From an uncultured Candidatus Saccharibacteria bacterium (lineage in GTDB: Bacteria > Patescibacteriota > SOKK01): DNA of 62,047 nucleotides. Location: NCBI GenBank assembly GCA_964518965.1, contig CAZFJP010000014.1:1-62047 (forward strand), in the 5' to 3' direction. The translations under genes were made by a program, and so were the position numbers. A model generated the notes under the pieces. It saw nothing but the letters and a program-made list of their open reading frames with translations. It ran no database searches and was not told where the DNA came from. Below, piece by piece: positions 44,853 through 54,300 of the stretch; the stretch's first letter is position 1, and the number at the start of each line of letters is the position of its first letter.

Positions 44853-44918
44853 TTACTACATATAGTGTAACCTTATTCATTATTAGCACAAGATATGGGG
44901 TTGGTCAAAGTTTGTCAA
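44853..44918 (-). promoter_or_regulatory. Candidate nrdR-nrdJ promoter with two NrdR-box-like sites
   Basis: Read on the minus strand: TTGACA (44918-44913), 17-nt spacer, TATCTT (44895-44890). Box-like 16-mers at 44886-44901 (gCACAAGATATGGGGt, overlapping the -10) and 44853-44868 (ttACTACATATAGTGT), centres 33 bp apart. Confidence 0.45.
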
Positions 44919-45094
44919 GGAGGAGATTTTAGGCGTTTAAATTGAGTTTTTGGATTTGGGGATAAGTAGTTCGGATCATGCCTGATTACCCTTTCAAGTT
45001 TTTTGAAGTGTTTTTAAAAGTGCTTGTACTCATTAAGTTTTTCACTCCTTGACTTCTTTTGGAGAATCTTTATAATTAATGCCCAGCTATTATA

Positions 45095-45124
45095 AAAACC
45101 GCTCCTTGGCAGAGCGGCTTTTTG
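45095..45124 (-). terminator. Intrinsic terminator after the ABC permease gene
   Basis: aaaaaccgctc-cttggca-gagcggcttttt, with runs on both sides. Confidence 0.75.
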
Positions 45125-45147
45125 TTTGGTCTATTATCTTCTATCTT

Positions 45148-45954
45148 CTATCTTCCTTGAATATCTTTTCTTTGAAAGATAATTGCTGCCAGGATAAATC
45201 CAATTAATCCAACTCCGAAAAGAATTAGCAGGTTCTTGGGGTCAATCGTGCTATCTTTTAGGATATTCTCCATATTGGCGTATTTGAATAGGGAGAGAAA
45301 GTGAAAATCTTTGACGCGGTTCCAAATATTGGCAAAAACATCAATCAGATAGGAAAATACTAATAGTCCGACCAGAATCGCAATTGCTTTGCCGCGTTCG
45401 TTGAAAATGGCAGAAACGAAGAAACCAATTCCCAGGAATGCAAGGAATAACGCACTGCTTACTAGGCTTACTTCCATTAATCTTCCCAAAGAAATAGCCG
45501 CCTCATTCATGAAAGTGAGGAGATAGAGAATAATTGAGCTTAAAAATGACAAGCCGATAATTAAACTAGCAGCGGCAACAAACTTGGAGAAAATTAATTT
45601 GAAACGGGAAATGGGATAGGAAAGAATTAATTCCATTGTTCCTTCCTCGGTCTCTTTGGTCAGGCGAGTGGCCAGGGCAATCGCAAAAGCAATTAAAATC
45701 ATTTGCCAGGCAAGCATGTATTCTAAAGAGATGAACCCTTCAAAAGTGCCGATACTTAACTCTTGAGTGCCAAGGAATTTTTTCATTGTTTCTGGAAAGC
45801 TATCCCAGTATTGCAGCAATGCTTGTTGGTTTTTGGCAACGCTGGGGAAACTGCTGACTATCATCAGGGCATACAAAGCCAGACTTCCTAAATGAACTGG
45901 GAAGGCAATTTTTTGTTCGGCAATGGTTCGTTTGAAGATGTTGAAACTGAACAT
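45148..45954 (-). CDS. ABC-2 type transporter permease
   Basis: Six hydrophobic helices, downstream of the ATPase. Start moved to MFSFNIFKR (45954) because 45955-46008 is low-complexity repeat sequence. The 46008 start remains possible. Confidence 0.7.
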   Translation of the reverse strand: MFSFNIFKRTIAEQKIAFPVHLGSLALYALMIVSSFPSVAKNQQALLQYWDSFPETMKKFLGTQELSIGTFEGFISLEYMLAWQMILIAFAIALATRLTKETEEGTMELILSYPISRFKLIFSKFVAAASLIIGLSFLSSIILYLLTFMNEAAISLGRLMEVSLVSSALFLAFLGIGFFVSAIFNERGKAIAILVGLLVFSYLIDVFANIWNRVKDFHFLSLFKYANMENILKDSTIDPKNLLILFGVGLIGFILAAIIFQRKDIQGR

Positions 45955-46011
45955 AAATGATAATGTAGGATGTAGGAAGGAGGGTGTGAAACTCAAAACA
46001 TTCTTCATTTT

Positions 46012-46899
46012 TTATTTATAATATTGGAGAAAAACCGATTCCAAATCCGTTTCCCGGAAATTCAAATCAAGAACAGTGTGTTTTGCCAGCGCTTTGACCA
46101 AAGGGTCAACATGGCCCTGATAGGTAATCACAAAATGTTGGTTTTCTTTTTTTACTTTGAGAACGCCCTTGATTTTTCGTAAGATTTTTGCGGCCACTTT
46201 TTCTTTAAAGAGAACGCGGAGATGCTGGATTTTTTCTTGCCTCAATTCAGGAATGCTTTTAATTGCGACAATCTCACCTTTGCGGATAATTCCGACACGG
46301 TCAGCGATTTTTTCTACTTCCGAGAGAACATGGGAGGAAAAGAAAACGGTGTGACCTTTTTTCTTAAAGTCACCGATGATTTTGTAGAAAGTTTGTTGCA
46401 CCAGAGGATCTAAACTGTTTGTCGGTTCATCCAGAATAATTAGCTTCGGTTTATGCATGAGCGCTTGAATGATTCCGAGCTTTTGATAATTTCCCTTAGA
46501 ATAAGCGCGGATTTTTTTGTTGAGGTCAAGTTCAAGTAATTTCGCGAGTTGAAATTTATAGTGTGGATGTTGCTGGTGATGAAATCTTTCAAGGTAGTTA
46601 AGAAAGTCAACCGCTTTCATTTTCTTGTAAAAGTTAATGTCGCCGGGGAGGTTACCAATTTCCTCACGGATTTTCACGGAATCCTCGCGGGTATCCAGTC
46701 CGAAAATTTTCGCGCTGCCGGAAGTTGGTTTAAGCAAATTCAAAAGCAGGCGAATAGTGGTTGTTTTGCCTGCGCCGTTGGGTCCGAGAAATCCAAAGAC
46801 CTCACCCTGATTAACGGTGAAATTAAGATTTTTGCAACCTAGAGTTTTGCCGTAGTACTTGGTTAAATTGTGAGTTTCAACGACTGGTGAGGTTTTCAT
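46012..46899 (-). CDS. ABC transporter ATP-binding protein (ABC-2 subfamily)
   Basis: 295 aa. Walker A GPNGAGKTTT, signature YSKGNYQKL, Walker B LIILDEP. Confidence 0.9.
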   Translation of the reverse strand: MKTSPVVETHNLTKYYGKTLGCKNLNFTVNQGEVFGFLGPNGAGKTTTIRLLLNLLKPTSGSAKIFGLDTREDSVKIREEIGNLPGDINFYKKMKAVDFLNYLERFHHQQHPHYKFQLAKLLELDLNKKIRAYSKGNYQKLGIIQALMHKPKLIILDEPTNSLDPLVQQTFYKIIGDFKKKGHTVFFSSHVLSEVEKIADRVGIIRKGEIVAIKSIPELRQEKIQHLRVLFKEKVAAKILRKIKGVLKVKKENQHFVITYQGHVDPLVKALAKHTVLDLNFRETDLESVFLQYYK

Positions 46900-46900
46900 A

Positions 46901-47046
46901 GGTTAAAGGAAAAGGGTAAAGGGTAAAAGGCAAAAGGGAGGGCAAAAGGTAAAAGTTTGAAATGTTTATTTCATGAAGTAAATAATACTTTATTTTTGCC
47001 TTTTAATTTCACTTTTACCCTTTAACCTTTACCTTTTAACTTTAAA
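46901..47046. repeat. Approximately 146-nt hairpin with a purine-rich arm (GGTAAAGGG..) and a pyrimidine-rich arm (..CCCTTTACC)
   Basis: Left arm 46901-46956, right arm 46996-47046. Blocks of the left arm recur at 14498-14526 inside a CDS. Confidence 0.85.
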
Positions 47047-47050
47047 GTTT

Positions 47051-47719
47051 CTAAGTCAAAAACAATCTCTGAATCTCCTGATCAAGATTAAGCAACATTG
47101 CTATTCCGACTAATGTTATAACACCTCCGGCAATTTTTTGAATTAAAGGCAGGTGTTTTTTGAGCCAGTTGATTTGATTAACAAGAAAATTGCCGAGATA
47201 TCCAATGGTAATTAGTGGTGTTGCTAATCCAATCGCGAAGAGTAAAGTTAGAATGATACTTTGAGTAATATTCTCTTGAAGAAAGCTCAATCCGAATACC
47301 GTCCCGCTAATTGGTGCAGTGCAGGGAATCCAGGCAAATCCTAAACCGATTCCCAAAAGGAAATTACTCCACCTTGTACTATTCGGTACAGAGTGCTGCC
47401 AGCGAAAGAATCTTGATTTAGTGAAAATGTTGGCGATGAAGTGAGAAAATTGCGGAAAAAGTAGGAAGATGCCGAGAAGCAAAATGAGTCCGATGCCAAC
47501 ATAGCGAGCTTCCAGACGGGAGATTGGAAGAAGTGATCCAAAAATGCCAAAGAGTGTTCCGATCAAAGTAAATCCGAAAATTAATCCCAAGGTAACAAAA
47601 AATGGTCGGGATTTGCTTTTACCCAATGAAGATGCTAAAACAATTGGGACAATTGGTAAAACGCAAGGGGATAGAATTGTCAGGATACCGGCAAAGAATG
47701 CAATGAAAAAATCTGCCAT
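47051..47719 (-). CDS. ccdA: CcdA/DsbD-family thiol-disulfide transmembrane electron transporter
   Basis: 222 aa, six TM helices. ILSPCVLPIVP and WIPCTAP Cys motifs. Confidence 0.85.
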   Translation of the reverse strand: MADFFIAFFAGILTILSPCVLPIVPIVLASSLGKSKSRPFFVTLGLIFGFTLIGTLFGIFGSLLPISRLEARYVGIGLILLLGIFLLFPQFSHFIANIFTKSRFFRWQHSVPNSTRWSNFLLGIGLGFAWIPCTAPISGTVFGLSFLQENITQSIILTLLFAIGLATPLITIGYLGNFLVNQINWLKKHLPLIQKIAGGVITLVGIAMLLNLDQEIQRLFLT

Positions 47720-47769
47720 GGCAGCAATTATTTATTTCATTATAGCTTATTTCTCGGACGTTTGCTAAA

Positions 47770-48852
47770 ATGGTCTTATCTAATACTATTTCTATGAAAG
47801 TTTTGATTTTGGCTGGCGGCGGCGGAACGCGTCTTTGGCCTTTGAGCCGTTCCCATTCCCCCAAACAATTTCAACCACTTTTGAATAGCAAAAGTTTATT
47901 GGAAGAGACTGCTTTACGGGCGCGGAAGCTAACTTCGTGGGAAAACATCTATGTTGTTGCACCAAAGCAGTATCGCAAGGAAATTTTTAAGCACGTTAAG
48001 AAACTTCCCTGTAGGAATTTAATTTTAGAACCTACTCCGCGCAACACCGCTCCTTCTATTGGATTAAGTGTTGTTCGTTTAGTTCAGCAAAATCACCATG
48101 ATGTTTTAGTTGTCTTGTCTTCGGATAGTTTTATTCAAAATGAGAATCAGTTTAAACAGACGATTAAAAAAGCAGTAAAGTTAGCAAGCTCGGGAGAATA
48201 TTTAGTCACCCTTGGTATCAGGCCAACTTATCCGGAAACAGGTTACGGCTATATTCGTACCGGGAAAAAATTTAAACTGGGTAGTCATTTTGTCAAAAAA
48301 TTCTTAGAAAAACCTAACAAGGCCGTAGCACAAAGATTTATAAACCAAGGCGAATATTTCTGGAATAGCGGTATGTTCATCTTCCGATTAGACCTGATGT
48401 TGGGTGCTTTTTCGGTTCTTCTTCCTAAAACCTACAATGCTCTTTTGGAAACAGAATTATTTTTGAAAAGAAAACAAACCCAAAAAGCCGCGAAAGCTTT
48501 TGCAAAATGTGAAGAAATTTCTATTGATTATGGAATCTTGGAAAAATTCCAGCCCATTTTAGTTGTTCCATCTCATTTTGGCTGGAATGATCTCGGCAGT
48601 TTTGCTGCATTGCAAAAGGTTTTACCTAAGGATTACCGAGGAAATGTTTTAGATGGCGCTGTTGAAATTGAGAGTGATAATTGTTTTGTGAAAAATGAGA
48701 GTAAAAAACTGGTTAGTTTAATAGGATTAAATCATATTGGGGTGATTGAAACTGATGATGTGTTATTAGTTTGTGATTTGAAGCGGAGTCAGAAAGTAAA
48801 GGATTTGTTGGGAAAACTAAAACGAGATAAGAGATATCAAAATTTGATTTAA
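47770..48852 (+). CDS. manC: Mannose-1-phosphate guanylyltransferase
   Basis: 360 aa. LAGGGGTRLWPLSR, GYGYI, EKP and FWNSGMF blocks. Confidence 0.85.
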   Translation: MVLSNTISMKVLILAGGGGTRLWPLSRSHSPKQFQPLLNSKSLLEETALRARKLTSWENIYVVAPKQYRKEIFKHVKKLPCRNLILEPTPRNTAPSIGLSVVRLVQQNHHDVLVVLSSDSFIQNENQFKQTIKKAVKLASSGEYLVTLGIRPTYPETGYGYIRTGKKFKLGSHFVKKFLEKPNKAVAQRFINQGEYFWNSGMFIFRLDLMLGAFSVLLPKTYNALLETELFLKRKQTQKAAKAFAKCEEISIDYGILEKFQPILVVPSHFGWNDLGSFAALQKVLPKDYRGNVLDGAVEIESDNCFVKNESKKLVSLIGLNHIGVIETDDVLLVCDLKRSQKVKDLLGKLKRDKRYQNLI

Positions 48853-48987
48853 ACTTGTAGGTTAGTGATTGGTTTTTTGCCGAGACCTTTCTATCTCTCA
48901 GTCTATCTTGCTTACTTATGAGGTGATATTCAGGAGGTATATTGTGCTTTCTTGTGTTTTGTTTGTGCGAGAAATTTCTTGAATATC

Positions 48988-49014
48988 AAAAACCCGTCAG
49001 AAGACGGGTTTTTT
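48988..49014. terminator. Bidirectional intrinsic terminator
   Basis: aaaaacccgtc-agaa-gacgggtttttt. Confidence 0.85.
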
Positions 49015-49071
49015 AGTATCTGGTGGTTGAAGGGCTTTTGTAGTGAGTGTTGGAATGGTGTCTACTAAATG

Positions 49072-50247
49072 CTAAATTTGATCGTCTACCAACCAACGTG
49101 TTCCTGATTTAATAACTGAGTAGGTTTTATATTCATAGTGGGTAACACCACCAGTGACATACTTTTCTTTTACATTAAAGCGATATTCAGTATCGCTACG
49201 GCGACTGGAAGCGGTAATTGAGTAGGCGGTTAGATCCATTGTCCCCTGTTGAATTGCTTTTCTTATTGCTTGTCCCTTAGCACTACTTTGATATTCATCG
49301 GTGGTGGAGTCAAGAAAATTTCCTTCATCATCGTTTTTTAATGCTGTTTCGTATTTATTCATCGTTGCAGTTGCGGCAGAGAGATTTGCAGCGCGTTGTT
49401 TTTCTAGGGCTTCTTTTGCCGCAGCTTCTTCGGCAGCTTTCCTTGCCGCTTCTGCCTGTGCTTTTTGCTCCTCGGTTAAGATTTTTTCTTGGACAAGAGT
49501 ATTGATTAGTTCAGGAATGTCACTTAATTTACTTTCGTAGTCCCACTTAATTAACTTATCGCCCGCTGTGGTTTTGAGTTGTTCGTAAGCATCTTCTAGT
49601 GCTAGTGCTCTTGTTTGAAGATCAGTAATGTTTTCAGTGAAGGCGGTAATATTAATTCCTGAGGTAGTTTTGGTGGCAGTATCAGTAGTGGAAGTTACGG
49701 CAATGACTTCGGCAGTAGTAGTTTCCTTAGTAGCGTCTTTAATGGTTTTTTGGATGCTAACCAAGTAATCTTTGTAAACGGAAAGGTAGTTTTTTAGTTG
49801 GTCTTTTGTTGCCTGATGATTACCTTTAGTTGTTTTGAGGTCATTTGCTTTAGCTTGATTTTCTTTAATCTTATCTTCCAGGTCTTTAACATCAGTAATA
49901 AGCGCTTTTAATTCTTTTACTTCTTTGGCATCTTCAAACTTTTCTGCTAGTGTTTTTCCTTCGTTTAAGCTTTCTTCCACAATTTTTTTAGTTTCATTTT
50001 CAAAAGTATTTGCTTTGTGATTCTTGTAAATTACGCAACCAGTGATTGATCCGGCGATTAAGAGGAGAGGAATACTGATTGCTAAACCAATAATTAAAGC
50101 TTTTTTCTTTGTTTTCGTTTTCTCGTCAGAGGCAGGTCCGCCTTTGGCGGATATTTCCATGGGAGCAACGGACTCTAATTTTTTACCGCAATATTGACAG
50201 AAAGCTGCTTCGTTAGGATTTTGTTTTCCACATTGAGGACAGAACAT
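49072..50247 (-). CDS. Zinc-ribbon / single-TM / coiled-coil membrane protein
   Basis: 391 aa. MFCPQCG..CQYCG ribbon, TM helix, long Lys/Glu/Ala coiled-coil ectodomain and a small C-terminal beta domain. Confidence 0.7.
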   Translation of the reverse strand: MFCPQCGKQNPNEAAFCQYCGKKLESVAPMEISAKGGPASDEKTKTKKKALIIGLAISIPLLLIAGSITGCVIYKNHKANTFENETKKIVEESLNEGKTLAEKFEDAKEVKELKALITDVKDLEDKIKENQAKANDLKTTKGNHQATKDQLKNYLSVYKDYLVSIQKTIKDATKETTTAEVIAVTSTTDTATKTTSGINITAFTENITDLQTRALALEDAYEQLKTTAGDKLIKWDYESKLSDIPELINTLVQEKILTEEQKAQAEAARKAAEEAAAKEALEKQRAANLSAATATMNKYETALKNDDEGNFLDSTTDEYQSSAKGQAIRKAIQQGTMDLTAYSITASSRRSDTEYRFNVKEKYVTGGVTHYEYKTYSVIKSGTRWLVDDQI

Positions 50248-50400
50248 AGTTTGATATTAAATATTAAAGTTAAATGGGGGTATAAGAAATTTGACATTTG
50301 ACATTTTGCATTTAACATTCTTATTACAATTATAACACTCCCTGTTGGAATACAAAACACCCTCCACTTTACTTAATGGAGGGCGTTTGTTTAAGATACG

Positions 50401-50460
50401 TTACTTGCGGCGTTTCTTGGCCTTTTTCTTAGCCTTTTTCTTGGCCTTTTTCTTTGCCAT
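50401..50460 (-). CDS. 19-aa poly-Lys micro-ORF MAKKKAKKKAKKKAKKRRK (not in the ORF track)
   Basis: RBS aagggga 8 nt upstream. Own promoter-like TTGCAT-N18-TATAAT (50588-50559). Terminator hairpin at 50355-50388. Coding sequence is a 12-nt tandem repeat. Confidence 0.4.
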   Translation of the reverse strand: MAKKKAKKKAKKKAKKRRK

Positions 50461-50604
50461 AGTTAGTTCCCCTTAAGATTAAATGGTAACTTGTATAGCT
50501 CACTATCTTCTGTCTACTTTATTAGTGGTAGGACAGATTTAGTAGAGCATCCAGTTTAATTATAGAACAGTTTCTTAGGGAAATGCAAGCAATTTGTCAA
50601 TGGG

Positions 50605-50883
50605 CTAGTGGGGAATAATTTTAATTGCTTTGCCTTGGACAATCGCTTCACTGATTTTGCTATGAGCCGAAGCAAGAATTCGTTGAAAAGTACTGGGGGA
50701 AGTTTGCATTTCTTTTGCCGCTTCTCTTTGGTCCAATCGATTAAGATGTTTTAATCTCAATGCTTCACTCTCTTCATAAGATAATTCAATAATTTCCAAA
50801 TGACGCAAGGGAATTCCTTGCGGTTTGAAAAAATCAGCTCTTGGTTGAAAACAAATTCTTCTTCTTAGTCGTGGTCGAGGCAT
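50605..50883 (-). CDS. DUF134 family putative DNA-binding protein
   Basis: 92 aa. MPRPRLRRRICFQP..FKPQGIP..L..EE.EALRL N-terminus and HTH-like C-terminus. Confidence 0.85.
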   Translation of the reverse strand: MPRPRLRRRICFQPRADFFKPQGIPLRHLEIIELSYEESEALRLKHLNRLDQREAAKEMQTSPSTFQRILASAHSKISEAIVQGKAIKIIPH

Positions 50884-50973
50884 GAAAACTTAAGACTTAA
50901 AATGTAAAACGTAAGAAACTAAAATCAAGTTACCCAAAACAGGGGAGAAACTATCTCCCCGGTTTAGGTTTGG

Positions 50974-51129
50974 TTAGCGACCACGGCCAAGACCACGACC
51001 TAGGCCGCGGCTGAGACCTCTTCCTCGAGCGGGAAAAGGAGCTTTTTCTTTCGGTTTACCGCAAGGGCCTAGGTCGCGACCAGTGCGCGGGCCTTTACCC
51101 AAAGGACCAGTTCCATCACGAAAAGGCAT
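50974..51129 (-). CDS. DUF5320-like Gly/Arg-rich small protein (not in the ORF track)
   Basis: 51 aa. MPFRDGTGPLGKGPRTGRDLGPCGKP..GRGLGRGLGRGR. RBS aaaggag upstream. Usual partner of DUF134. Confidence 0.65.
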   Translation of the reverse strand: MPFRDGTGPLGKGPRTGRDLGPCGKPKEKAPFPARGRGLSRGLGRGLGRGR

Positions 51130-51154
51130 GATTTACTCCTTTCTTTATGGTTAT

Positions 51155-51188
51155 CCCGCCATGAAGGCGGGACCCCGCTATGCGGGGA
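51155..51188. repeat. Two adjacent GC-rich mini-hairpins (CCCGCC-ATGAA-GGCGGG; CCCCGC-TAT-GCGGGG)
   Basis: Positions 51171-51188 (gaccccgctatgcgggga) are identical to 61279-61296. Family members at 13868, 33616, 36479 and 57900-57951. Confidence 0.85.
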
Positions 51189-51376
51189 TAACTCTACCAT
51201 TATGATTATATACCCATAATTAACATTTGTTAAGAGATAGATAGTTCCTTTCCACTAAAAATTTTTCCCTCTTATGTTATAATAGAAAAGCATCAAATAT
51301 AAGTTAGTGTTATTTCTAATATTTATGTTTGTTCTTGACTGAATGCTAGTTGGCAAATAAAAAAAAGGGGGATCAC

Positions 51377-54300
51377 ATGGCAAAGAAACACCATTCTCAA
51401 AATAAATCACATCAATTAAAAAGTAAGAGGTTAATATTGACTGCAATTGCTATTAGCCTTTTTATTTTGACTATTTTTTTAGTTAGTCCTACCAGTTCGG
51501 CACCTCCGCAAACTTTCCGGGTGAACTGGGATTCAAGTGTTTTAACGGCTGATTATGGTGCAGGGGACACTACTGCTTATAATGATGGAACACCGGTAGA
51601 TTTAATTTCTCCTGGCTATGGTGGTGCTGGAGGAGCAATTAAACCTTCCTCAGGACAAACATTGAAGTACAAGATTGCTGATAATTTGGATAAAGAAAAA
51701 GGTCAGATTGAAATGAAATTTAAATTGCCTTTTGATTTAACCGGTGACCAGAGTAAAGCGAAGTTTAATGGACCACGTAATGTTTTTTATGATAGTGACT
51801 CTAGTTATCTTTATGTCGCCGATGGTATAAACGATCGGATTGTCAAAACAAAGTTTGATGGAACGGGCTGGGAAACTTTGGGGAGTACCGGCACCGGTGT
51901 GGGACAGTTAGATGATCCCCATGATGTTTATTATGATCCTGTCTCTGACTATCTCTACATCGCGGACCGTGCTAATAATCGCATTATCAAAACTAAAATG
52001 GATGGTACCGGCTGGACTGCTTATGGCAGCAATGGTAGCGGAGTAGGACAGTTCAATTCTCCTTGTGCTGTTAATTATGATTCTGCTTCCGGATTTCTTT
52101 ATATTTGTGACCGGGGTAACCATCGGATCATTAAAACTAAAATGGATGGTACCGGTTGGACGACTTATGGAACCAGTGGCAGCGGAGTAGGAAATTTCAG
52201 TAATCCGCGCGATCTTCATTATGATGTCGCTTCTGATTTTGTCTATGTTGCCGATAGCGGTAATCACCGCATCGTTAAAACTAAAATGGACGGTACGGGA
52301 TGGGCTAGTTATGGTTCAAGTGGTAATGGGGTGGGAAAATTTAACACTCCCAATGGTATTTCTTTTAATTCTGCAGATAGTTTTATTTATGTTTCGGACA
52401 GTGCCAATTCCCGGCTGGTGAAGACCAAAATTGACGGTACCGGCTGGACAACAAAAACTGGATTTAACTGGCCTGCTGGTTGCTATTTTGATCCGGACAC
52501 GGATTTCAATTATTTGGGTAATGGAACAGGAGTTAACTACCAGATTGTTAAAACCAAAATTGATGGCACTGGTTGGGCTACTTATGGTAGCACAGGAAAT
52601 CCTCCTTCAGTTCGCAATTTGTTCCGAACTTCCGGCGTAAACCCGATGTGGCTGAATGTCTCTTCTGATGACGGGCGGTTTAAGTTTTATGTTGCGCTTG
52701 GTGAGATTGCTTATGTTGCTCAAAGCGATCCGCAAACTCTTTCCCAAGATATTTGGCATACTATTAAGGCGAATTATAACAATGAATCAGGAGAAGTGGA
52801 AATTCTTTTAGATGATGTCAGTTTGGTTTCCAAAACTTTCTCTGCCTGGGACGAGCCGTCCTTGGGAACTTATTTTTACATTGGTTCCGATCCCGATTCT
52901 GCGAGTCGTGCTTTGGCGAATGATATAGACGAGTTTCGCTTAAGTTCTATTGGCGCGGATATTGATCCTCCTACTAATCCTGATACTCTTGAAGTTCGGG
53001 ATAAAAATGGCGGAAGTACTCTGCTTACTACTAACAATTGGTATAACTATCCCGAACCCTACTTCCACTGGACGGGAGCAACAGATGCAGGCTCGGGAGT
53101 GCAAGGATATTTTGTTTACTTCGGGACTAATGCTTCTGCTGATCCCGAGCTTGCAGGTGATTTTCAAACTGCCGATAATTACGAACCGGATTTTGATTTG
53201 GTTAACGGAAGTACTTATTATTTACGGATCAAGACCCGCGATTACGCTTATAATGTTTCTCCAAGTACTTGGGCACCTTTTGTTTACAAATACGATAATG
53301 ATAATCCCTCCCAAGTTGAGTACATTAATGTTGATCCGCCTGGTCCTTCCACTGCAACCAGTTTTGATTTTGACTGGCTACCAGCCACTGATGCTACTTC
53401 CGGAGTTAAAGATTATGTCTATAAACTTGGTTCAAGCGGTACTCCTCAATCTACGAGTGATACTAACTTAACCGGGGTTGCTCCCTATCAAGAGGGGGAC
53501 AATATTCTTTTCCTGAAGCCACGAGATTATGCCGGAAATACTCCCGACAGTTGGCAGACCGCGGTTTATACTACGACGACAAAAGTGAATGTCATTGATG
53601 GTCCGACTACGGAAGTCAAATCATCTTTTATTACCGTAAGATGGATTTCTGATAAACAATCTACTGGCTATGTTCTGGTTTATCATGGTAATGATTATGT
53701 TTCTGAACAAGGGCATACTGATCTTTCTAACATTCACGAAGTGAAAGTAGTCGGACTTGACCCCGAAACTAGTTATAAATTCAAATTAAGAACCATTGAT
53801 TCTCATGGTAATGTTGCACAGAGTGATTGGTATAAAGTGACCACCGCTGCTCCGCCGCGTGTTTCCGAAGTAAAGATTGAAAATATCAGACAAACTGAGG
53901 CCTGGGTTTCTTTTAAAACTTCCGTAGCGGCTACAACGGAAATCAAGTGGGGGACTAGTAGTAGTTATGGCAAAAGTGCCACTGTGACAGGAGCTCCTAA
54001 CTATGCCACTTCTCATTTTTACCATTTAACTAACCTTGTTGCGGGAAACAATTACTGTGTTGGGATTGATGCCAAGGATGAAGAAGGTGTTAGTTTCTTT
54101 TCGGATAATCACGTTTTTGCTACCCCGCCTTACCCGCAAATTTCCGATGTTCAGTTTGAGCCTGTGGAAGATCGTCCGTCTACTACCATCAAAGTAACTT
54201 GGGCTACCAATGTTCCCACTTCCTCTCAGGTGATTTATGCCGTTGAGGGAAAATCTCCGAAGGAGTCAGCGAAAGCTAATTTGGAAACGGAACACGAGAT

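Noticed and set aside
48925-48980. 12-codon ORF (GTG start) behind a strong aggagg RBS downstream of manC
   Set aside because: It is very short and hydrophobic (VLSCVLFVREIS), with no conservation evidence. The RBS-like sequence may be fortuitous.
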